NCBI GenBank assembly: GCA_965250285.1
Contig: OZ252299.1
Location: forward strand, 5,607,966-5,671,965
Direction: 5' to 3'
Source: Myxococcota bacterium
GTDB lineage: Bacteria; Myxococcota_A; UBA9160; UBA4427
Length of the DNA stretch: 64,000 nt
Of the stretch, positions 33,933 to 42,634 are shown piece by piece (position 1 is the stretch's first letter; the number at the start of each line of letters is the position of its first letter). A program made the position numbers and the translations under genes. The notes beneath the pieces were generated by a model. That model made no database searches and had not been told where the DNA came from. It was given only the letters and a program-made list of their open reading frames with translations.

Positions 33933-35420
33933 TTGCTCCGCAAGATCCTCGATTCGCCCTGGCCCTACTTCGCGCTGGCCGCGGTGTTGCTGGTCGCCGG
34001 CGTCCTGTCGCAGATCGAGTTCGAGCGGCCCAAGCCGCCGCGTGAGGGGCCCGAGGCGCTGCTCGACCTGCGCGATCGCGACGACCTCAACGTGATCTTC
34101 ATCCTGGTCGACACGCTGCGGGCCGACCGCCTGCAGCCCTACGGCTACGAGCGGCCGACGAGTCCGTTCCTCGATCGGCTGGCGAGCCGGGGCATCGTGT
34201 TCGATCACGTCGAGAGTCAGTCGAGCTGGACGAAGGCCTCGATGGCCTCACTGTGGCTGGGCATGTATCCCGAGCGCACCGGCGTGCAGCGCTTCATGCA
34301 CGGCGTGCCCGCCGAAGCCGTCATGCCGGCCGAGCTCTTCCAGGAGGCCGGCTACCGCACGGCGGGCATCTGGCGAAACGGCTGGGTCGCCAACAACTTC
34401 GGCTTCGATCAGGGCTTCGACCTGTACTACCGGCCGTCCCGCAACAAGCCCGTGAACGCGGTGCGCAAGCACAACCCGGGCGTGCAGCGCATCCCCGGGA
34501 CCGATCTCGACGCGACCGAGTCGGCGATGGAGTTCATCCTCGGCAACGTGCAGGATCGGTTCTTCCTCTACATCCACTACATGGACGTGCACCAGTACCT
34601 GTACACCGACACGACCCCCGACTTCGGCACGGCCTTTCCCGACATCTACGACATGTCGATCCACTGGACGGATCAGAACATCAAGCTGCTGATGGAGATG
34701 CTCGAGGAGCAGGGTCTGGCCGACAAGACGCTGGTCGTCATCTCGTCGGATCACGGCGAAGCGTTCTGGGAGCACGGGATGGAGGGGCACGCGCGCAACC
34801 TCTACCGCGAGACCCAGGAGGTGCCGTGGATCATCGTGCCGCCGTTCGAGCTCGAGCGGATCGACGTCGAGGAGCGCGTCGCGAACATCGACGTCTGGCC
34901 GACGATCCTCGACCTCGTGGGCATCCCCGCGCCGCCCGGCATGGACGGCCGCTCGTTGGTACCGCTGATCCTCGCGTCGGCGGGCATCGAGTCGCCCGAG
35001 GCCGAAGAGCTGCGCAGCCGCACGCTCTTCTCGCAGCTCGATCGCTCGTGGGGGCAGCCCGACAAGGATTCGAACCCGATCATCGCTGCGGTCCGCGACG
35101 ACCACCGCTACGTCGAGTTCATCCTGAAGCGCGACGAGGGCGAGCTCTTCGATCGCAGCGAAGATCCCCTCGAACGCTTCAATCTGCTCTCGAAGCAGGA
35201 AGACAAGGCCGAGGAGCTCCGCGGGGCGATCGATGGTCTGCTCGAGGCCCCGAAGCCCGAATGGGGCGGATCGCTCGAGGTCGAGCTCGACGAGATGAAG
35301 CGCAATCAGCTGCGCGCATTGGGCTACGTGATCCCGGCGCAGGATCGGCGCAAGGCCGCTCGCGAGGAAGCCGAGCAAGAGGGCGGCGAGGCGGCCGACG
35401 GCGCCGACACCGAGCAGTAG
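33933..35420 (+). CDS. sulfatase-fold membrane-anchored protein, Thr at nucleophile position
   Basis: TTG start. N-terminal TM YFALAAVLLVAGVL. Motifs FILVDTLRADR and SSDHGEAFWEHG. SSWTKASMASLWLG stands in place of CxPxR. LRALGYVI is followed by an acidic tail. Confidence 0.8.
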   Translation: MLRKILDSPWPYFALAAVLLVAGVLSQIEFERPKPPREGPEALLDLRDRDDLNVIFILVDTLRADRLQPYGYERPTSPFLDRLASRGIVFDHVESQSSWTKASMASLWLGMYPERTGVQRFMHGVPAEAVMPAELFQEAGYRTAGIWRNGWVANNFGFDQGFDLYYRPSRNKPVNAVRKHNPGVQRIPGTDLDATESAMEFILGNVQDRFFLYIHYMDVHQYLYTDTTPDFGTAFPDIYDMSIHWTDQNIKLLMEMLEEQGLADKTLVVISSDHGEAFWEHGMEGHARNLYRETQEVPWIIVPPFELERIDVEERVANIDVWPTILDLVGIPAPPGMDGRSLVPLILASAGIESPEAEELRSRTLFSQLDRSWGQPDKDSNPIIAAVRDDHRYVEFILKRDEGELFDRSEDPLERFNLLSKQEDKAEELRGAIDGLLEAPKPEWGGSLEVELDEMKRNQLRALGYVIPAQDRRKAAREEAEQEGGEAADGADTEQ

Positions 35421-35644
35421 CGCGGCGCCCTACGCGTCTTCGCCGACGCTGATTCCTGAGCGCGGCGCGCTGTGGGTCATCGCCGACGCGGACTCAGTAG
35501 CGCGGCGCCCGACGCGTCTTCGCCGACACCGAGCAGTAACGCGGCGCCCTACGCGTCTTCGCCGACACCGAGCAGTAACGCGGCGCCCTACGCGTCTTCG
35601 CCGACACCGAGCGGTAGCGCGGCGCCCTACGCGTCCTCGCCGAC
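35403..35644. repeat. 39-40 bp tandem repeat, ~6 copies, between convergent genes
   Basis: Units at 35403, 35442, 35482, 35522, 35561 and 35600, plus a partial copy at 35639. The consensus is GCCGACACCGAGCAGTAGCGCGGCGCCCTACGCGTCTTC. Units 2-3 are degenerate and units 4-5 identical. Confidence 0.9.
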
Positions 35645-36751
35645 GTCCACCGGGCCCGGGCGGCGATAGCTCGTCTCGAGCCTTGCCCGGGCGTGATGAC
35701 GCTCCATCGCCAGCTCGATCAACCGGTCGAGCAGCATCGGGTACGAGAGCCCGGTGGCCTCCCACATCTTGGGATACATGCTGCCATCGGTGAAGCCGGG
35801 CAGGCTGTTGAGCTCGTTGATGTAGAGGTCGCCGGTTGCGCGGTCGAGAATGAAGTCGACGCGCGCGAGCCCCTCTGCCTCGAGCGTCTGATACGCAGCG
35901 ACCGCCATCTCGCGGATCTTCGCCGTCGTCGGCTCGTCGAGCTCGGCGGGGATCACGAGCTCGGTGGCATCGTCGTGGTACTTCGACTCGTAGTCGTAGA
36001 ACGCACTCGTGCAGCGAATCTCGCCGGGCAGCGACGCCTCGGGTCGCTCGTTGCCGAGCACGGCGACCTCGATCTCGCGCGGATCGAGCCCGCGCTCGAT
36101 CAGGATCTTGCGGTCGTAGCGGAGCGCGTCTCGAATCGCCCGCACCAGCTCAGCGCGGTTCTCGGCCGGCGAGATGCCGACCGAGCTGCCTGAGTTGGCC
36201 GGTTTCACGAAAACGGGCCAGCCGAGGGTGCGCTCGCTCTCGTCGAGTGTGGCTTCGAGGGCGGCGCCTTCGAGCTCGTGGGCGCGCCGGGTGATCCAGG
36301 GGACGACGGGCAGGCCGGCATCGCGCAGCAGTCGCTTCGCGACGTCCTTGTCCATCTGAACCGACGAGCCGAGCACGCCCGAGCCAACGTAGGGCAGGTC
36401 GGCGAGCTCGAGCAGACCCTGAAGCGCGCCGTCCTCGCCGCCCTTGCCATGGATGAGCGGCAGCACGACGTCGAGCGATCGCGCGACGGCTTCGGGGCTA
36501 TCGGCAGACGGTACGAGCGTCACGTCGCCGGGGCGCGCCGGCATCAGCACCTCGCCGGGGGTCTCCGGCACGTCGGCCAAGAGCTGGCCGCCCGAGCCCA
36601 GATGCCAGCGGCCGTCGTGGTCGACACCGATCAGGGTCACGTCGTAGCGGCTCGGATCGAGTGCCTGCAGCACCGAGGTCGCCGAAACCACCGACACCTC
36701 GTGCTCGACGGAGCGTCCACCAAAGAGCAGCCCGACTCGCAGCTTGGCCAT
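35627..36751 (-). CDS. ddl: D-alanine--D-alanine ligase
   Basis: Within ORF 35627..37723. The true start is ATG 36751 (MAKLRVGLLFGGRSVEHEVSVVSA), preceded by GGAGGGGGG. Typical Ddl ATP-grasp sequence follows to the end. Confidence 0.9.
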   Translation of the reverse strand: MAKLRVGLLFGGRSVEHEVSVVSATSVLQALDPSRYDVTLIGVDHDGRWHLGSGGQLLADVPETPGEVLMPARPGDVTLVPSADSPEAVARSLDVVLPLIHGKGGEDGALQGLLELADLPYVGSGVLGSSVQMDKDVAKRLLRDAGLPVVPWITRRAHELEGAALEATLDESERTLGWPVFVKPANSGSSVGISPAENRAELVRAIRDALRYDRKILIERGLDPREIEVAVLGNERPEASLPGEIRCTSAFYDYESKYHDDATELVIPAELDEPTTAKIREMAVAAYQTLEAEGLARVDFILDRATGDLYINELNSLPGFTDGSMYPKMWEATGLSYPMLLDRLIELAMERHHARARLETSYRRPGPVDVGEDA

Positions 36752-37027
36752 GTTCCCCCCCTCCACGCGGCCCATGATAGGCCCGGGCTGAGCGCTCTGC
36801 CGTGGCGCGCATGTTCTAGAGCATCGGCCGCTTGCCGCAGATCTTGCGCGCGGGCTGCCGGCGCCGTGCGGGGGGCGTCGCGAGACCGGGCGCCTGGGCG
36901 CCCGAGCGCTCGGTTCTGGGCGCCGTGCGGCCCCATCGGCTCGTTCGCGGCCCCACCGGGCCTGGTCAGTGCACGCCCGGCCGCGCGGTTGACCGCATCC
37001 GCCACCCCTCGTACCGTGCCCCCCGAG

Positions 37028-37912
37028 ATGACCCCCCCGCCGCCCGCGCAGCCCCTCGAAGCGGCCCAGACCGCGCTCTCGCCCGAGCTTCGTGCGAAGG
37101 AGGCCCGGCTGCGCGAGCAGCTGGCGGCCGCCGGCCCGCTCGTGGTCGCGTTCTCGGGGGGCGTCGATTCGAGCTACCTCGCCTGGGTGGCCCACGATGT
37201 CCTCGGTCACGACGCGCTTGCCGTCACCGCGCTCTCGGCTTCGTATCCCGCCCACCACCGCGAGATGGCCGAGCAGATCGCGCGCGACTTCGCGCTGCCC
37301 CATCGCTTCGTCGAGACCGACGAGATGACGAACGCGGCCTACCGCGCGAACGCGCCCGACCGCTGTTACCACTGCAAGACGGCGCTCTTCGAGCGCCTCG
37401 ATCGGCTCGTTGCCGAAGAGGGGCAGGCCGCCATCGCGTACGGCGTGAACGCCGACGACGCGAGCGACTTTCGTCCCGGTCACCGCGCGGCTGCCGAGCA
37501 CCGGGTGCTCTCGCCGCTGCTCGATGCCGGTCTCGACAAGGCCGAAGTGCGCGCGCTCTCGCGCGCGGCGGGGCTGCCGACGTGGGATCTGCCCGCCTCG
37601 GCGTGTCTGTCTTCGCGGCTGCCCTACGGCACCGAAGTGACGCCCGAACGCCTGCGTCAGGTCGAAGCGGGTGAGGCCCGGCTGCGCGAGCTCGGTTTCG
37701 CGCAGGTGCGACTGCGACACCATGGCGATCTCGCGCGCGTCGAGATCGCGCCCGAAGAGATGCCCCGAGCCCTCGACGCCGAGATGGCGGAGCGGATCAG
37801 CGCCGCGATCAAGCCGCTCGGGTTTCGCTGGGTGAGCCTCGACCTGGATGGCTACCGCATGGGCTCACTGAACGAAGTGCTCTTCATTCGAAGCGAAGAC
37901 GCCAAGAGCTGA
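37028..37912 (+). CDS. PP-loop ATP-pyrophosphatase, LarE / TIGR00268-like
   Basis: Within ORF 36278..37912; ATG 37028. VAFSGGVDSS (PP-loop), CYHCK, ACLSSRLPYG, VRLRHHGDLARVE. Confidence 0.75.
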   Translation: MTPPPPAQPLEAAQTALSPELRAKEARLREQLAAAGPLVVAFSGGVDSSYLAWVAHDVLGHDALAVTALSASYPAHHREMAEQIARDFALPHRFVETDEMTNAAYRANAPDRCYHCKTALFERLDRLVAEEGQAAIAYGVNADDASDFRPGHRAAAEHRVLSPLLDAGLDKAEVRALSRAAGLPTWDLPASACLSSRLPYGTEVTPERLRQVEAGEARLRELGFAQVRLRHHGDLARVEIAPEEMPRALDAEMAERISAAIKPLGFRWVSLDLDGYRMGSLNEVLFIRSEDAKS

Positions 37913-37973
37913 CGCCCGTGCGCGCGTCACCGGGAGAAGCGTCGGCGCCGTCGCGCGCCGCGCCACGAGGATC

Positions 37974-38879
37974 ATGATCGAGACCTTCGAGTGCACCGGA
38001 CAGCCCCGAAACATGGGCTCCGATCAGGGACGGGCGCAGGCGCCGGCGATCCGCCGCTGCGTCGAGGCCGCGGGGTTGCCGCTTCGCCGATCGCGTCTCG
38101 CGAACCTGCGCCCCTTCGTGGTCGGGGGCACGCGGGGCGGCGGCGACGGCCGCGAGCTGATCCGCCACTTCACGCACCTCTCGGAGCGCATCGACGGGAT
38201 CGCGCGCTTCGCCGACGTCGACGTCGACAGTGTGTTCGAGCTGCATCTCCGCACCGCCCGGGGCGCGGGCGGCGCAGGCCCGCTCGTCGCCCCGGCGGTC
38301 GCCGTCGCGGGGCCAGGGCTCGCCGGGTCGGCCGGGCTTGGGCTCTCGCGCGGGCTGCCCGTCGAGATCGGCGACGTCGATGCGTACTGCATCCGACGCA
38401 GCCGGCCCGAGGTCGGCTTCGCCTCGCTCGAGGTCACGCTGCCTTGGCTGGCCTCGTCGCTGGCCGGCGTCAACGCAGCAGGCGTCTGCGTGGCCCTCGC
38501 GCCGCTGCGCGCACGACCGCGTGGGCTCGGCGCGGCCGCACCCTCCTACCTGCTGGTGCAGGAGTGCCTGCAGCGCTTCGAGGATGTCGAAGGCTGCATC
38601 GACTGGTGCCTCAAGCGGCCCGTGCTCGGCGACGCGACGCTCGTGCTCGCCGACGCGCGGGGCGAGACGGCGACGATCGATCTGCAGGGACGCGCGCGGC
38701 GGGTCGAGCGCCGTGAGAAGGGCCCGATCGGCGCGAATGCGACCGGGCCCGTCGAGGCCTCGTCGGCCGATGTCTCGCCCGGCGAGGGCGGCCTCTGCGT
38801 CGACCTCGACGCCGACTCGCGACGGCTCACCCTGCGACGGATCGGGGACGACGCCGAGCGCGTCACGCTCACGCTCTAG
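37974..38879 (+). CDS. hypothetical protein, C45 / Ntn-hydrolase (acyltransferase)-like
   Basis: N-terminus GQPRNMGSDQGRAQAPAIRR. LAGVNAAGVCVAL. PSYLLVQECLQRFEDVEGCIDWC...LVLADARGETATIDL resembles the C45 pattern (from memory). I did not identify the catalytic Cys. Confidence 0.45.
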   Translation: MIETFECTGQPRNMGSDQGRAQAPAIRRCVEAAGLPLRRSRLANLRPFVVGGTRGGGDGRELIRHFTHLSERIDGIARFADVDVDSVFELHLRTARGAGGAGPLVAPAVAVAGPGLAGSAGLGLSRGLPVEIGDVDAYCIRRSRPEVGFASLEVTLPWLASSLAGVNAAGVCVALAPLRARPRGLGAAAPSYLLVQECLQRFEDVEGCIDWCLKRPVLGDATLVLADARGETATIDLQGRARRVERREKGPIGANATGPVEASSADVSPGEGGLCVDLDADSRRLTLRRIGDDAERVTLTL

Positions 38880-38916
38880 TCGAGCGAGCCACTCGGCCCC
38901 GGCTTGGCGCCAGCCG

Positions 38917-40317
38917 CTACGGCGGCGCAGGCGCTTCGGGTTCGTGTCCCGGCGCGTCCTCGCGCGGGCCGCGCCATCCCCGCACCTCTTCGAGCACGGC
39001 CTTGGTCAGACGCGTGATCGCCAGCCCCATCAAGAACGCGACGCTCGCGCTGCGCAGCACGCGCACCCAGATCGGCCAGTGGGGCTTGGCGAGGAAGCGC
39101 CACGTGTCGAGCAGCAGCAGGTGCTCGGTCAGCCAGGCGTAGAGCCCCCAGATGTAGAGACTGCAGAGCAGCTGCGCCGCGATCGCCAGGGGCCATCCCG
39201 CGAAGAACCAGAGCGGCAGCGACCAGGCGAGATACTGGAAGGCAAAGAAGTTGGTGAACGCGAGCACGATCGCGTAGCCCTGGGCCACGGTCGCGGCGAT
39301 CGCGTCGGGCGATCGGTGTCGTCGCCGAAGCCACGCCCAGGCGATCACGAGCGCCGTGACGATCTGGCCGTCGGCGCGGTAGTAGCCGTTCGCGAGCGTC
39401 ACGAACGTGCGGCGGGCCGGCGCCGAGAGCGCGTGGAGCTCTGGATAGAAGACCTGGGGGCCCCAGATCAGGACGCCGCTCGTCGTCTGGATGCGCAGCC
39501 CCGAGTAGAGAAACACGGCCTCGATCGTCGCGCGCGGGTCGACGAGCAGCGCCGGGGCGAAGCCGACGAACGCCGTCGCGCCGAGGGCCGCCGCGAATCG
39601 AAAGCGCGCCTGCAGGTCGGGCAGGACGAGAAAGAGCGCCGGCGCGGCGAGCAGGCCCGGGATCTTGATCGAGGCGCCGAGGCCGAGCGCGACGCCGGCC
39701 CAGCCCGGCCGACCGTGGGCGACCGTGACGACCGCCCAGACCAGCGAACAGGCGACGACCGAGTCGGTATTGCCGTGGTGCGCCGAGAAGACGATCGCGA
39801 GGGGCGCGCACCAGTACAGCGCGCCGAGCAGATGCCGGTGCGCGCGAAACCAGGCGCGCTCACTGGTGGCCGCCAGCGCCACGACACCGAACGCGGTCGC
39901 GGCATCGACGAACACGAAGGGCAAGCGCAGCAGGAGGGGGAAGCTCGGACCGCCGGCCTCGGCGATGCGATGCAGGCCGGTGACCGCAAAGCCGGCGAGC
40001 GGCGGATGATTGAAGATGAATTCGCCGCCGCCGTAGTAGGTCACGAGCCCGAGTCGCTCGATCTCTCGGGCGTGGCCGGCCCACACATCGACGTCGACGG
40101 TGCCGGGGCTCCAGCCGACCAGCGCGGCGCGCAGGCCGAGGCCGATCGCGACGAGCACGCCGATCCCGATCTGCTCACGTGTGAGACCCATCACGTTCGC
40201 GGCGCTCGGCGTCGGCGGCTCCGTCGCGGCCTTCGGCTCGGTCGGCGCCTGGGGCTTGATCGGCGCCTGCGGCTCGGTCGGCGCCTGCGGCTTGGTCGGC
40301 GCCTGCGGCTTGGTCAA
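38917..40317 (-). CDS. polytopic membrane protein, GT-C-type candidate (DUF2029/GT87-like)
   Basis: Within ORF 38917..40557. Start is either TTG 40317 (GGAGA 9 nt upstream, which adds a Pro-rich repeat N-terminus) or ATG 40191. First loop DVDVWAGHAREIERLGLVTYYGGGEFIFNHPPLAG. Many TM segments. Confidence 0.5.
   Translation of the reverse strand: MTKPQAPTKPQAPTEPQAPIKPQAPTEPKAATEPPTPSAANVMGLTREQIGIGVLVAIGLGLRAALVGWSPGTVDVDVWAGHAREIERLGLVTYYGGGEFIFNHPPLAGFAVTGLHRIAEAGGPSFPLLLRLPFVFVDAATAFGVVALAATSERAWFRAHRHLLGALYWCAPLAIVFSAHHGNTDSVVACSLVWAVVTVAHGRPGWAGVALGLGASIKIPGLLAAPALFLVLPDLQARFRFAAALGATAFVGFAPALLVDPRATIEAVFLYSGLRIQTTSGVLIWGPQVFYPELHALSAPARRTFVTLANGYYRADGQIVTALVIAWAWLRRRHRSPDAIAATVAQGYAIVLAFTNFFAFQYLAWSLPLWFFAGWPLAIAAQLLCSLYIWGLYAWLTEHLLLLDTWRFLAKPHWPIWVRVLRSASVAFLMGLAITRLTKAVLEEVRGWRGPREDAPGHEPEAPAPP
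40207..40314. repeat. 18-bp tandem repeat x6
   Basis: Units CGGCGCCTGCGGCTTGGT (the last two identical; earlier copies diverge). On the minus strand they encode TKPQAP/TEPQAP-type hexapeptides. Confidence 0.85.
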
Positions 40318-40459
40318 AGAAAGACGTCTCCTGCCCGATGGGTTCGACTGGCATCTTCGCGCGACGTGGGGTTCCCTGCGCAGGGCGCATTCCCATGGCA
40401 CGCCCGAGGCTGGCCCACGCCCGGCGCCCGCCGCGTGCGATCGGAGCATAGAGAAGCCC

Positions 40460-42634
40460 GTGACGCCCAGGTCGACCGAGCAGACGAGCTTCTGGCTGGG
40501 ATGCGTGGGCGTCGCGCTCTTCTGGCTCGCGATCGGCTGGCCGGTCTTCGAGGGCACGGTCTACACCGACTCGGATCTCGGCAACTTCCACCTGCCGATG
40601 CGCTTCTTCTACGCCGAAGCGCTCGAGCGGGGCAGTGACTTTCACTGGTTTCCCTACGCATACAACGGTTTTCACCTCCACGGGGAGGGACAGGCGAGCC
40701 TCTATCACCCGCTCAACTGGCTGATCTACCGCTGGCTGCCGCTCGACGTCGCGTTCGTGCTCGACATCCTGCGAAACTACGTCTTTCTCGCCGTGGGCGC
40801 GTTCTTCTTTCTGCGCCGTGTCGAGGTGCGACGCGATGCCGCGGTGCTCGGAGCTGGTCTGCTCGCCTTCGGCAGCTTCTCGATGCTGCACTTCATGCAT
40901 CTGAACGTGATGGCCATCGTGGCGCACCTGCCGTGGGCGTTGCTCGCGATCGACATCGCCCTGCGATCGAAGCGCAGCGACCATGCGGCGTGGGCCACGG
41001 TCGCCGTCGCTGCGTTGACGGCGTCGCAGCTGCTCTTCGGTCATCCCCAGTTCGTGTGGATGTCTCTGGTCGCCGAGGCGGCCTACGCGCTCTTCGTGCT
41101 GCGGCGTGGCGCCGAGCGGCTGCGCTGGGCATGGCTGCTGGCCGCCACGCTGGTTGCGTTTCCGATGGCGGCGGTGCAGATGATCCCGCAGTGGGAGACG
41201 CTGGGGCTGTCCGAGCGAGCCCAGCCCCATGACTTCTTCGCGTATACCCTCTCGCTGCGACCCGAGAACCTCACGCAGCTCGTCTCGCCGCTCTTCTTTC
41301 GCGCGCGCGCCGTCGGCGGTGTCGAGGCGACCGAGTTCGCGGTCTACTCGGGCTCGCTCGTGCCCGTGCTGCTCGGCTGGATCGTCGTGCGTCGGCGCGC
41401 GTTCGGGCGCGCGGGGCCGCTGCTCTACGCCGCGCTCGGCTTCGCCGCGTTCGGCTTTCTGATGGCGCTCGGCGAGTACGGCCCGATCTACTGGATGCAG
41501 GCGAATCTGCCGGTCATCGAGGTGTTCCGAGGCCCGGCGCGCTATGTGCTGCTCGGGCAGCTCGGGCTCGCCGTCGCCTCTGCGATCGCCTTTGCCGATC
41601 TCGCCCGCTTCTGTGAACGCCGCGCGCGCGGCGAGACGGCGACAGAAGACGGCGATCTGCGCTGGCTGGCCCTGCCGCTCGGCCTGGCCCTGGTCGTGCT
41701 CGTGCTCGGCCTGGCGAACCCGTTCAGCGGGTCGGTTGCGCGGGCGGTGTCGACGCCCGGCCGACTCGCGATGGGCGTCGTCGGGATCGCGGTCTTCACC
41801 GGGCTCGTGTTTCTCGCCGCGCGAGGCGTGCGGTTCGTGCTGCCCGCGTTGATCGCGCTCGCGCTGCTCGATCTCGGTGTCTACGGCATGACGTGGATGC
41901 GCCGCGAGAAGCCGGTCGACCTCGAGCGATTCGTCGCCCGGCGACGTGTGCCCGAGTGGACCGACCGCTACCGCATGCACTGGGGGCCCCAGGCCCTCTC
42001 AATGCGTCACATCCGACTGGCGAACGGCTATGCCGCGATGGTGCCCGAGCGGCGTCTGCCGCTCGAGGTGGTCGACATCGGCGCGCGCGCGCCTTCGCCC
42101 GAGATGTGGGCGGCGCTGCGCATCGCAGGGGTGGGCTTCGCGTACGGACGCCTGATCGATGATCCGCTGCCGCGGGTGCGCCTCGTTTCGCGGGGCGTGC
42201 GCGCCGAGCGGCTGCTCGAGCAGCTTCGCTCGATCGACCCGCGACGCATGGCGATCGTCGACGGCGACTTCCTGCTCGGGGGCGGACCGCCCGGCGACGT
42301 GCTCGTGCTCGATGATCTGCCCGGCGAGCTGCGCGTCGAGACGAGCGCGCCGACGCGTCAGATCCTCGTCTTCGCCGAGTCGCATCATCCCGGCTGGGTC
42401 GCGCGTCTCGACGGCGAGCCCGCCGAGATCCTGCGCGTGTATGGCGACTTCATGGGGGTGGGCGTGCCGAAGGGCGTCCACGAGATCGAGCTGCGCTTCG
42501 AGCCGAGCAGCGTGCGCACCGGACGCCTCGTCTCGCTCGCTGGCTGCGCCGCGCTCGTGCCGATCTGGTTCGGAGTGCGACGAAGCGGTCGGGGCCGCGA
42601 TGCAGCGGCCCCTCGAGCGAGTGACTCCGACTAG
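40460..42634 (+). CDS. YfhO-like GT-C-type membrane protein
   Basis: Within ORF 40100..42634; GTG 40460 is the first start not overlapping the divergent gene. N-terminal TM then TDSDLGNFHLPMRFFYAEALERGSDFHWFPYAYNGFHLHGEGQ, which is YfhO-like from memory. ~12 TM segments and a C-terminal beta-rich domain. Confidence 0.5.
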   Translation: MTPRSTEQTSFWLGCVGVALFWLAIGWPVFEGTVYTDSDLGNFHLPMRFFYAEALERGSDFHWFPYAYNGFHLHGEGQASLYHPLNWLIYRWLPLDVAFVLDILRNYVFLAVGAFFFLRRVEVRRDAAVLGAGLLAFGSFSMLHFMHLNVMAIVAHLPWALLAIDIALRSKRSDHAAWATVAVAALTASQLLFGHPQFVWMSLVAEAAYALFVLRRGAERLRWAWLLAATLVAFPMAAVQMIPQWETLGLSERAQPHDFFAYTLSLRPENLTQLVSPLFFRARAVGGVEATEFAVYSGSLVPVLLGWIVVRRRAFGRAGPLLYAALGFAAFGFLMALGEYGPIYWMQANLPVIEVFRGPARYVLLGQLGLAVASAIAFADLARFCERRARGETATEDGDLRWLALPLGLALVVLVLGLANPFSGSVARAVSTPGRLAMGVVGIAVFTGLVFLAARGVRFVLPALIALALLDLGVYGMTWMRREKPVDLERFVARRRVPEWTDRYRMHWGPQALSMRHIRLANGYAAMVPERRLPLEVVDIGARAPSPEMWAALRIAGVGFAYGRLIDDPLPRVRLVSRGVRAERLLEQLRSIDPRRMAIVDGDFLLGGGPPGDVLVLDDLPGELRVETSAPTRQILVFAESHHPGWVARLDGEPAEILRVYGDFMGVGVPKGVHEIELRFEPSSVRTGRLVSLAGCAALVPIWFGVRRSGRGRDAAAPRASDSD

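Noticed and set aside
35066-35077. tRNA T-arm-like GGATTCGAACCC.
   Set aside because: It lies inside the sulfatase-fold CDS (encoding KDSNPI) with no surrounding cloverleaf. I found no tRNA in any intergenic gap.
35403-35644. Possible CRISPR array.
   Set aside because: The units are directly adjacent with no unique spacers. The repeat content is derived from the flanking gene ends. No cas genes are present.
36752-37723. N-terminal 324-codon extension of the ddl ORF (ORF 35627..37723).
   Set aside because: The extension is antisense to the well-supported LarE-like gene and is Arg/Gly-rich. ddl has a canonical MAKLRVGLLFGG start at 36751 with a strong SD.
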